From NCBI GenBank assembly GCA_040437565.1, contig JBDOQK010000021.1, positions 434,001-498,000 of the forward strand: 64,000 nucleotides of DNA, written 5' to 3'. Under the pieces are notes generated by a model. The model was not told the origin of the DNA. It did not search any database and worked only from the letters and a program-made list of their open reading frames with translations. The DNA comes from Albugo candida. Its lineage: Eukaryota. A program made the translations under genes and the position numbers. Within the stretch, counting starts at the first letter, position 1; each line of letters begins with the position of its first letter. This document shows positions 24,193 through 35,170 of this stretch, piece after piece.

Positions 24193-27100
24193 GATATTTC
24201 ATGCATACCCTTTGGGATCACGCAAGTGTCTTTTCCTGTCAATACGCGTTAGTATTAGATTCTTATTTGTTATGGATTTTGGGCAGGGTTAAGCGCATGT
24301 TCGGAAGCTTATGTGCCAATGTCTGTAGCTGTTATAGAGTTCATCCCAGCGCAGCTTTACAAACTCTGTACTCTGCATTTAAATCATTTGATATCAATGT
24401 CAGTGACTTTGGTGAAGTGTTATATTTTGCGCCCAAAGAATAATCTTACAGCCTTTATGCAGATTACTGTCATACCTTCGGCTAGCGGATGCTACCAGAC
24501 ACCACATAATTCTGTTTGTGATCCACAAGCAAGCAACGAAAAAAAACACCATGCTCCTACACGTTTGTTATCAAAAAAATTGAAAGGACTAGTAGCATTT
24601 TCCTTAGATTCTTGAGAGCTACACTAACCTCATGCTTCATCCATTAGGAGCGCCCGTTGTAAATCTCGAAATCTTTTTAATACGAAGCGAACGCTCAAAC
24701 ATGGGGACCTTAGATTGCTTGCAATGAACTCGTTTACGTCCTTAAACTAATACAGGAATGATTTAGATTACCCCACATTGTATGCGCGTTGCCTTTTTTT
24801 ATAGCGAGCATAGTGAATGTGAAGCGCTGTTGCAAGAGCTGTTTCACTGAAAATAGCACTTGCTTTACTGCATGTCGCATTCATTTGATTCTCCCATAGT
24901 AGCCATGAGTAAATTGTCTCAGTCCTTGTGGCCAGTTTCCAGCAAGACAATGAGAAATGCACACAGTGCAGAAAAAATTCTTCCTGCAAACCATCTGCTT
25001 CATTGAAGTATAAACGTTTTGTATGCTGTAAGGCAATGATTCCGTGCAGTCTAACATTTCAACGCGTCAAAGCAATTAAAATGCGATTTCCGCACACGCC
25101 GTAAATTCTTTTTCTCATAGAGTAACATCTTTATATTGCCCTCTCAACAAACAGTTGTTGGCCTGTCGCCGGTCAGTACCAAAGACAATAGTAGGTCCAG
25201 CTCGACAAATTCCTTATATCCTCATTGCGACCACACAATCAAACTGTCCTGATTGTCAATGTGTCACAAATTAATTTGGACCACCAGCGACTAATGGTAT
25301 ACAGATGCGGCAAGCTTTTCTGCGGATGCTGAAGTCCACAGATTTTAATGCGACGTTTTAAATAAAGGTATTGCCGCGTTTTGAGAAAAAACTTGAACTG
25401 ATTACGGTGGTCGTAATCAGTTCAAGACTTCAGTAGGCTACCCAAATCCGCAGCGAGGTTTGGCGTAATGATTGTAAAAGTAAGCGCTGTAGCCACAGGT
25501 GTCAGTCCTGAAAATTTCACCTGGCCACGTGTTGTTCGTGTAAATTAGCTATCAAAGTTTAAATCCGTCACTTCGACGGAATATGTAGCACGTGTATCCG
25601 TCGTAGCAAGCGCCAATCTCAGCTCCTCAATATTTTCACACGAGAATATGTTTCACGGGAGATCGATTTCCAACGTAGTATAATTCTTGTGATTTTTCTC
25701 GGAAAACTTTAACAAGTGACGCAACCGTGAAATCAGTGATTCACTTTAGTTGCATCCGCATACTTTCCCCGTCTGGAGCGAGAAATCAATCTCGCACTGC
25801 TATATATCATGGAGCTTCGCTTCCGTAGCTTTCAAGTGATGACCCGGCTCCCTGTCAAGAGTCCTCTGGGATGCGGCGTGTACAGCATCACCTACATTCA
25901 ATGCGCCTGCTTTCTTGTCCTTGCTTGGAAAGTCACGCTTATGTGCCATTCTTCTCACAGTAAAGAAAAGAACTAGAGTTCTTGTTCTCTCGTCATGTTC
26001 CATGTAGACGGTATTTAACTCCCTTTACCTTGATAGCAGCTAGTGGCGACGTGGGCTTAAGGTAACATTCCGGAGATTTCACCAGGGGAAGAGCAAAACT
26101 TTCTGACTTGTCTAACAGTCGTCCCGCTGCTGTTTTGATTTAATCACGCCAGGAGAACTCCATGGAGTGAATTATTATGGGTAAGCATAGTTGACGATGT
26201 TATATTTTTGATCCGTTGCACCACCACCAGAGTAAACACGCTCAAAAAATCGTCATGTGAGCATTCATCAGACTGAATCACTGTTTTCGAGGTAACGAGC
26301 AATTAAGTCTTGGACTTCGATATCTTGAGCAGGAGTACACAATCATCCGTTATATGCATGCCATACTCAAGGGTTTCACGGCGTGACAGATGACCACCTG
26401 ACTGTAAAAGTGTTGACCTGCCTTGACGGTCAAGTATCGACAAACATAACGGTACCATACCATGTGCATTCGCTGAGTTCCTCCAGATTCAAAATTGGCG
26501 AAAAAATCACTTACTTGACGCTAATGTAAACTTGTTTTTCTTTGACGCTCTCAATGGGAGCTTCGAGTCTCTGATTTGTAGTACCCTTGGCTCAGCGAGG
26601 CACAATTCCGCTTGTGCTGGTCTGTCTGAAGTTTTTGTGGCAGCAACGGGAGCATGAATGGCCCTCGCTCGCTGCTATTGTCCGTCGTTACCTATGTCTT
26701 GCTCCATTCTGTTGCACTGCAATTGGCACTTATTCGTCATTAAGAGACGACAGCGTCGTATCCGACTGATTCCGGTTCGTTTCTCCAGATAAGTGCATGA
26801 GGTGCCGCTACCGGCAGACAAGGACGAAACTTGGCCATCTTCGACTCATCGAGCTTTTACTCTGTTAAAGCGAGCTCCAATGTCACAATCCATCTTCGTC
26901 ATCAATTCCAGCAACTTGATCAAACGAGTTTGGGCTCATAATATTTCAATTGATCGAGGATGTCAGCATTTGCGCACTACCCGCGCCGGTATTACATCGC
27001 TAAGTGGGATTCCCGCTGTTTCGAAAGCTTATGAAAATTATATCGTCTCTAAAACATGTCTTCTTGACCGCAGAATGACGTTATGTGAACAGTGTTGGGC

Positions 27101-27290
27101 GTCAGTGAAAGTTTCTCCAGTGCACTCAACAATTTCCTGGTTAAGACCAAACGTGTCAAAGCTTCACCAATATCAAGTGTCGATAATATAAGAGCAGTAA
27201 TTTTTTTCTTTTTTTCTGTAAGTCACACTTCAGACTAGCAAGCGGCACTATGTATATTGATACTATCCAAACAGGCTCTTTCTATTCGGT
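24193..27290 (+). repeat. Segmental duplication, copy 1 left part (paralogous to 44245-47840)
   Basis: Colinear diverged similarity throughout, e.g. CCTTATATCCTCATTGCGACCACACAATCAAA vs CTTTATATCTCATTGCGACCACACAATCAAA, with several indels. Confidence 0.9.
26600..26740 (+). pseudogene. hAT-transposase C-terminal dimerisation-domain-like relic (paralogue at about 46630-46760)
   Basis: LKFLWQQREHEWPSLAAIVRRYLCL resembles the PLxWW....YPxLxxLARxYLxIP consensus. The rest of a transposase is not recognisable. Confidence 0.5.
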
Positions 27291-28176
27291 AGTAGCCTCG
27301 ATACACACGTGAAAACGCATCCATCTGGCAACTTGATCGAGTGATTTACGAATGTTACCCCATGCGATCTTGATTTTTTACTTCCGTACCACTGTTTTGA
27401 AAGCCAGATCTCTGCTTTCATCTCTTAATTGAACTCGAAGAACTGCTGGGATTTTGATGCAGCGGTTCAGAATTTAATATGCTTTTCGACAGCCGTCCAC
27501 ATCATTTTATTATAATATTACTGATATGTGGGAACGCCAATTAAAGAATGCGCTGGAAATGATCGTTCTAGTTGATCTAATCTATCCAGACATCCAATGC
27601 TTAGGCTTACGCGATCTTGTTGCATTTGTCATCACACAATATTGTTCTCAGACACAATTCGACTTTTTATTCTACTTCTTGATTGCGTGACACAATCACT
27701 ATCATGGAAATAATACATGCTTTGAAAACGATCAAATTGTTTGCACATGATCCTTCGATTCAGCAGGATAATTTGAGTAGTACTCTCAATAAAGACTTCT
27801 CTGCGCATGTGATATGACTTCTGCATATTCTTCGATTGAAACCTATTGAGAAGCATCCATAAGCTATAAAATTGCGTCGCATGGGGTACCAGATACATGC
27901 AACAGTGCAGCTCGTGAGAATATTTCAGCATTCCGTATGGCAATACATCTATATAAGTAATTCGAGAAAAATGTGAAGCTGGATATGACAGATTTCGTTA
28001 GAATATTTTTTCACTTTTTCACTTTAATTTCGCAAAGTTCAATAAGACAGATTTGACAATGACTTTACTTTCTGCCATCGTAGTAGATGAAACTATATTT
28101 GCAATAAGGAAAGCTAAACGTTTTGGATTTAATCCTTAGATAATGGACTGCATATCCGAATTTTCAATACGTTTCA

Positions 28177-29961
28177 TTAATCTACATCTATAGTATCATG
28201 ACCAGACGTGTCCACTTTGCGCTTTGCCGTGCCTTCAATAGTACCAAACGAAGAATCTACATCTTGGGCTAGTGTCTGCCGAAACTTATGATTGTATGGC
28301 GTTTGCGGCCCGGCTTTCATCTTGGCGTTGCAAGGCGGACAATCTGGAAATTTCATCTGATATTCTACCATCCATACGTACTGCCTCGTCACGGAAAGAA
28401 CAACAACATTCCTCATGCGTGTGAGACATTTGAAGCAAAGTCTCATGTCATTCTTATTTTTCGTGTCTTCGTCTATCCATTTGTATAAAGCCATCTTTGC
28501 TTCAACAGGGCTGCTCTCGCTATAATCGCTGGATGATGTACTCGTCAATTCTTCATTTGCACGCAAATTCAAATCGTTGTCGATCATGATGCGGTCTAAT
28601 TCATAAAGGCATACTATATCTGGCATAAGGTCCGCTTCTCTGCATCGATTCTTTCGAAATAAATGGAACTTCAGGTCAAAGGAGCCGTTTGCGTCTCCAA
28701 ATAATGAGACTAAGAATGCAATAGATGAAAGTTTGTGGGTTGAAAATCCCGAAAATAAGTCGCGGCATTTGGATTCTTCGTCGGGTGTATGTTGTATCAG
28801 AAAACACTTGCCTTGATGATTCGACACACGATTGCCCTTCTTTGTGCTTTCGTTCCCAAACATTATCGCAAAAATATCATGCTTAGGTGTCAAGGTGTCC
28901 ACATGGTCGGAACCCAACATGCAGTGATCACTAGGCCGAACGCTTCCACATCCTTCTATGTAATGCGGCACAGTGGGTTCGAAGTTTTCGGCGAAAAGAT
29001 AAACCAGGAATTTGCCATATTCAGGTTTTCCGAATATTTGGATTTGATCGAGTACAACCATTCCTCCAAATTGTTTCCGTAAGCAGCTCCAGCAATTAAA
29101 ATTATCAAAATGCGGACTGGTTGTTGAAATACAATAGGACTGACGCAAAATGTTACGAAGAAGGAGCTCGGAGCTTACAGCATAATCGGAACGGCGCAGG
29201 GATGAAGGCCAAATCTTATATTCACCACCAACCGTATCCATGTGAGGAAGTATGTCAAGGTTATCTTGCTGGAATGTTCTCGGTGCTATCCTCTGTCGGA
29301 AAATCTTGCAAAGAATTTCTGATAACTGAATGGTTTCTCCTCTGCACAGTTCAAATCTGTGGCACGATTCGACAAAATTGTCAGTATCCGATGTGTATAT
29401 TACATACATCTGACCCATTCTCTTATTGAAAATAGAGTACTTTTCCATGCTGCCATTATCACTGTTCACTTTGAAACATGCTTCACAAAAAAAAGAATAA
29501 AATATGTTGGACCTGTAAAGGCATATCGGTTTGAAATCCTGTGTTATTAGCATTGAACTTGTCGGCATTATTGGGAGAGGGGTCCTTGTCTTTCCCAGAG
29601 AAGCGATCGGGTGTGATGGTAGCTGCTTCACATTATTAGGCGCAAATGTTGATTGCTCCCAAACGTTGCTTCGCAAAACGACTGGGATGGAATTGAATCC
29701 TCGGCATCGCTCCATAGTGGAGCATGTGATCAGGTTAGTTTTGATATAATCTATCAATCCCAGTACCATGAAGCTTGTGCATTTATTTTCTCCTGCGCCG
29801 ACTACTTCGACTTGAAGTGCTCCCGCGTGTCTTAATAAGCATTCCTGACAGTTATCTAAGTTTTCTGTCTGCGCGGTGATTATCATCGATCCAAATGGAG
29901 CAGCGTAAAATCCACAAAAGCGATAGAGTATGGCTATGCAAGTGATCCTACTAGACCTCAT
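28177..29961 (-). CDS. Albugo CCG (CxxCxxxxxG, CHXC-related) secreted effector, 594 aa
   Basis: Intact single-exon ORF with a hydrophobic N-terminus (about aa 1-21). CQECLLRHAG at aa 38-47 (29821-29850), followed by the Cys pair CSTMERCRG. Confidence 0.9.
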   Translation of the reverse strand: MRSSRITCIAILYRFCGFYAAPFGSMIITAQTENLDNCQECLLRHAGALQVEVVGAGENKCTSFMVLGLIDYIKTNLITCSTMERCRGFNSIPVVLRSNVWEQSTFAPNNVKQLPSHPIASLGKTRTPLPIMPTSSMLITQDFKPICLYRSNIFYSFFCEACFKVNSDNGSMEKYSIFNKRMGQMYVIYTSDTDNFVESCHRFELCRGETIQLSEILCKIFRQRIAPRTFQQDNLDILPHMDTVGGEYKIWPSSLRRSDYAVSSELLLRNILRQSYCISTTSPHFDNFNCWSCLRKQFGGMVVLDQIQIFGKPEYGKFLVYLFAENFEPTVPHYIEGCGSVRPSDHCMLGSDHVDTLTPKHDIFAIMFGNESTKKGNRVSNHQGKCFLIQHTPDEESKCRDLFSGFSTHKLSSIAFLVSLFGDANGSFDLKFHLFRKNRCREADLMPDIVCLYELDRIMIDNDLNLRANEELTSTSSSDYSESSPVEAKMALYKWIDEDTKNKNDMRLCFKCLTRMRNVVVLSVTRQYVWMVEYQMKFPDCPPCNAKMKAGPQTPYNHKFRQTLAQDVDSSFGTIEGTAKRKVDTSGHDTIDVD

Positions 29962-32041
29962 TATTGCAATTTTGATTATGACAAAATGACTCTGATGCCA
30001 GCAAATGGTGCCTGCAAATGCATAATACAGTAAACAATAGAATGCATTGTGAAAGGTTCATACTATTACATAGCGTTCGTCACTCCAGAAGCTGATCAGA
30101 TGTAGTAATCACCAGTGTCATTATTATGATTCCTGGTAATGCACGTTTCGAATATCTCATAATCCTAAAAATAGAAGAAACGGCGGTATCGAAGATGTGT
30201 TGAGATGAGCGGTGACTTCATTTTTTTTGTTCGACCTTATGTGAGACAGGGTAATTTTTACGGGGTTTCTCGCAGACACTTTGTGTCTGATCGCTGGTTT
30301 AGGTTTGTATAAACGGGTCAATGTGCCAGCGTTGGCCCGTTGGTTCGAATCTAACAGACTGTTATGTTGGTTAAATAGTTGTAGTGGGTGCGAATCGCAG
30401 TCACAAGGTGTCGAGGTCAGGCAATGAAATGTCATGGGGTGTAAGCTCAGCATGAAATGTGCATCCAGCTTCTTGCTTTTCTTCAGCAGAGTAGAAATCT
30501 CTCTCGAAACGTACTATTGCTGCTTCATTCTATCATGTTGCAAAGAACTTCTTGTCGAAATGGGATGTTGGTCTTGATGAACATTGTGCGTTGCATTATA
30601 GGTACGCTTTGTAGACTTTTGAATTTTGATCGCGAAGTAGTCTGGCAAGAAGTAATTTACACATCAAAATCGGGCTAAGAGTGCCACAGGACGGGTGTTG
30701 CGCGGACCAATAACAAAAGCGAAAACACTGTCCCTATTGATCGCATGATCACCACACTTCATTTGTCCCAGCGACAATTTCTGTTTGCAGAAATGGAAGC
30801 TGCAAAGGTAAGAGTATCTAGTCGCGGCGCAGTACAAAATATCACGATTTGCTCCATTTACATGAGCCCTGACCAATTAGGTGAATTTTTGCTCCAAGGA
30901 AAGAGTAATCATTTGAAGCGTCTCTTGCCGGTCGAAAGAGGTCCGAGACAAGTATTTGTCAGCGCTTGCAATCAACCCATACTCTGGTGGACCCTAAGTT
31001 ATGCATGAGAATCTTCGTGTCGTAGATGTCTCATGAGGGATCAACTTAACCAAGTTAATTTTAGTAGCCCTATGAGAGTCAGCGACGTGGAAGGTATGTG
31101 TCTCTGGTTTTTCATATAGTAACATCGTGAGCATTTAGTGTAGCTTGTGAATCGAACCTCACTTAATGTAGTGCATGATCAATGGTGAAGCGTTCGGAGA
31201 GCAATCATTCCAATTTGTGATAGTAGCTATTGGCGTGTGAACCCAGCAGATTTTTCATCTACTTNNNNNNNNNNNNNNNNNNNNNNNNNNNNNNNNNNNN
31301 NNNNNNNNNNNNNNNNNNNNNNNNNNNNNNNNNNNNNNNNNNNNNNNNNNNNNNNNNNNNNNNNGAGCAATCATTCCAATTTGTGATAGTAGCTATTGGC
31401 GTGTGAACCCAGCAGATTTTTCATCTACTTATATTTTCTGAAGCCTAGCTCACTTGAATCGTGTCTGGACTTTGCTGCCATGTGTTAAATCACATTATGC
31501 TGGTCCTTTTCTTCGTGTAATTCAATCTTTCTTTAATAAAAAAATGATATTCAAGTAGAAGTCAGAAAATGAGTAAAGCTTAATCTTGCCTTTTCACGTG
31601 CAGTCGTATTGTACACCCTTCAGGTGAATGCGTTGTGTCAGTTTACTCTAACAATGCGCTTCATGCTTCAAATATCACAAACTTTCGTGTTATACGACTC
31701 CAACTCTCTACTATCAACGTACTGTACCGAAAAAAAGAAATGCTTCTGATACTCTTCATCATTCATGGTATAACCTGGATGGCTTGTGTGATGTGACATG
31801 TAGAATAATAGAGACTACAAGCCAAACAATTATAAGAAATAGCTGCGTCATAATGTGTAACAGTTCGTCTTCGCAAGCGCATGTATTCCAAAAGTAATTG
31901 ATCATTAGCAATCAATGCCTCAAAAATGATTCGTGACGTCGTTGGCAAACACGATTTTACGCTCCAAGGAAAATACATACCAAAAACGAAACAAACATGT
32001 CACTGATATGCTGACAGTTCAGTCACTCAGAAGGCTGCAAG

Positions 32042-33226
32042 CAGCGGGGTCGAAATTATTTGTCCGTTGATTATTTGAGGAATGGACTCACGTGATCTAA
32101 ATACACCTACAAAGGAATATTACGAATTACTTCATCAGCCAGCAATTATCATTCATAGATTCCTAATGAAGCTTCGTACGTGACAATGTAAGGGTACAGC
32201 ACGGCAGCGAGTGGCCATTGACACCTTATCGTGATATTTTCAAACAGCATGTGTGTAAAAGCGCCAAAGACCGGACCGCACTGTCTGTACGTTGGAACAA
32301 GCGCGACACACATGTAAAGCAAATACGTGTACTGTACGAAGCCGTCCCGTGACAAGGCAGCTGCGGGGAAAATAAGCAGCGATCATACCTCCTAGTTGAG
32401 AAGCACCTTCAAGACAAAAAGCGTCAAGGAGATAGGTTGACCAGAGAGAACATCATACCTACCACACGTGGCACCTACCGATTAAATGACTTGGTGGGGA
32501 ATTGTGACTGTGAATCTGTTTGCTTCATTTCGAGTGGATCTGTGATGAGTTACAGCATGGCTGTAAGTATCTTATTCCTAAGGCGTGTTCTACAATCTGG
32601 TTATAAGTTCGCACTGATCGCCAAATCCCAAGGCATTCACCTAGAATAGGGATCTCAAAGGGATGTGAAAGCTTAAAATTAATACCCGAGGTAGATTCTT
32701 CATCTAGCGATAAGGAAGTGTTCTCTCTTTGACAAATCAATGTCATGTCCTATCAGTGTACATATTTTACAACCAGATAGTCATCATATGGCTTTATCAC
32801 TCGCGAAACATCACATAAGGCACGAACGTGATGCAAAAACCACGATGCTGATTTGTATCTGTATGAGAGCCGTATGTTTTTTTAAGTCGTGCGTTAAGTA
32901 ATACAAAGTAATAATCATAAATCAAATTGTACCCGATCAAGTAGCCGTAACATTTGGCTGATGCACTGAAATTATGCCAACTTGAGCGACCGTAAAGCCT
33001 TTGGTGTATATACTGTTGACATGTCAGTTCTCTCTGATGCGCCACGATTCACATTTTCCATAGGACACTGGTGATTAAAAATAACTGAATATTACTTCCG
33101 TCCATTGCTTCGAATCTGCAGCGAAGCAATCAATCCATGGAAGTCCATGATATTCTCTGAGTCATAACATTACGTAAACGCGGTAAGTGTCTCTAGAATT
33201 AGTCGAGATAATTCGCTTTCTGTTTA
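32042..33226 (+). repeat. Segmental duplication, copy 1 right part (paralogous to 47840-48930)
   Basis: Colinear diverged similarity, e.g. GTGTGTAAAAGCGCCAAAGACCGGACC vs GTGTGTAAAAGCGCCAAATACCGGACC. Confidence 0.9.
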
Positions 33227-35170
33227 GGGAATTGTTATGCAGTCCAAAACACCTATAACTTGTAACTTTTGCGAGCCTTACAAAATTTACTAGACTTCAC
33301 GCGTGTTTCATCGCAGAACAAAAATAGCGATTTTATCTGATAGATACAGCCTATACCTTCAAACAAAAGGCTTAGAGTTTTAATTGGATGATTTTGGGTT
33401 GAATTATAAGGCTCTAAAAGTTGACTTGTTTCCAGAATTTTACTAGTATTTTCCTATCAATGCGCAGAATTTTGCCGCCATCAGTGGGCAACTTAGTGTT
33501 TAGGGTTTAAGAGCAAGTGTAATCGCTCTATCAGTATATATTATACTTACAACTCCGTCCAGAAGCTGCTAAAGCATTGCTGTCTGTGAGAACTAAGTCT
33601 AACACTCGTCGATGTGATCGGTACTTTTCCATACCATATTCAGCGGATTTTCCGGTTAGATCGTTCCGATACACATACAAAGATGTGTAAGAACGAAGTA
33701 CTTTGTAGCATGACGACAGATTGTTGCTAGTGAAACTGAGGCAAGTGCTTTCGGAACTGTCGCGACCAATCCTTTCCATGTGAAATCGCAATTATTTCCT
33801 TGCGCATCGTTTTGCTTCACCCCAAAAGTTTTCTATAAAATTAAATTCGCAATAAGATTTGGGGTAAAATATGATGAGATGGCCTGCCGCGGTGATTGTC
33901 TCTTCCAACAAACCTTNNNNNNNNNNNNNNNNNNNNNNNNNNNNNNNNNNNNNNNNNNNNNNNNNNNNNNNNNNNNNNNNNNNNNNNNNNNNNNNNNNNN
34001 NNNNNNNNNNNNNNNNAGGCAAGTGCTTTCGGAACTGTCGCGACCAATCCTTTCCATGTGAAATCGCAATTATTTCCTTGCGCATCGTTTTGCTTCACCC
34101 CAAAAGTTTTCTATAAAATTAAATTCGCAATAAGATTTGGGGTAAAATATGATGAGATGGCCTGCCGCGGTGATTGTCTCTTCCAACAAACCTTTTTGAG
34201 CTTTAAATCTGGCTAGTTCTGAATAACAGTGCGGCCGCAGCAGCTACCTGTGTCACCACATTTACCCCGGCAATTTACGCGAAGGTTTGTCGTCCAGAGG
34301 TTTCGTTCCTGCAGGACGATCTTTATGCCCTTTAGTTGTCCGGCCAGAGGATGATCTGAAGGGAATACCATGGATTGCGATGTGCCATCTCCAAACATTC
34401 CATTCCGCATCACCGGTTGCATTCGTCTCGGTCCAAGATTCATCCGTTGAGATACGAGAGCATGTTCAGCAAATGCTGCGTGGCTAGTAGCATTGTCTAA
34501 AGCGAAGAGAGCTTTTGCAATGGTAAACTGAGCAGGGTAAACTGAGCATCGAGAATGGGAGTTGCAGCATCCCGGACTTGCTTATTAAGTTCTTTCGTAG
34601 TCCAACAACACCATCATAATTCTTGCCGGGATATGTGATTATGCAGGTCTCTTCTGGAAGATTGCTGTGTTGAAGCTTCTTTTCTTTGCTCAAAGCTAGT
34701 CGACCCCATTGAATAAGGAAGAAAATGCTAACTCTTGATCAAAGTAACGATTGAAAAACTCTTAAATAATAGACTTACCAGCATCAGTCAGGAAAGCGCT
34801 GATATGTATCGATCTCCCAGCCCCCTTCTTCCACAGTGTCTTTTTGCCATCAGGAAGCCATAGCTTATTCGGGCTATCATGCGTCACGAGAATTATGGCA
34901 TCACTGGCAGGCCAAATGTCCGATTTCATTTCCGGCCCCGAAACTTCCGGCATGAATGGCTCATAGCTTTTCATTCGTTTCAGAAAGTGAGTACGATATG
35001 CCACGACATCTGCTCGTTCACGGCCAACAAAGTCCATACCTTTCTTCACCTCTAAAAGCGTAGGCCAAGTAAATTCATCCAGCGAGTTGCAGTGCTCGGC
35101 TGGATAGATGCGGCGGGATCAATTTTTGGAAGTATTTGCTCGTTGACATGCTTGATAAAATGCGTTGGCA
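33227..35170 (-). mobile_element. IS630-Tc1-mariner superfamily DDE transposon with a frameshifted transposase pseudogene; 5' end interrupted by a LINE
   Basis: Ordered motifs: [96 protein letters not shown]. The TIR GGGAATTGTTATGCAGTCC at 33227 is preceded by TA. Confidence 0.85.

Noticed and set aside
33238-33243. Tc1-style CAGT terminus with a mutated TA
   Set aside because: Similarity to the other TIR copies extends out to 33227, so CAGT is internal to the TIR.
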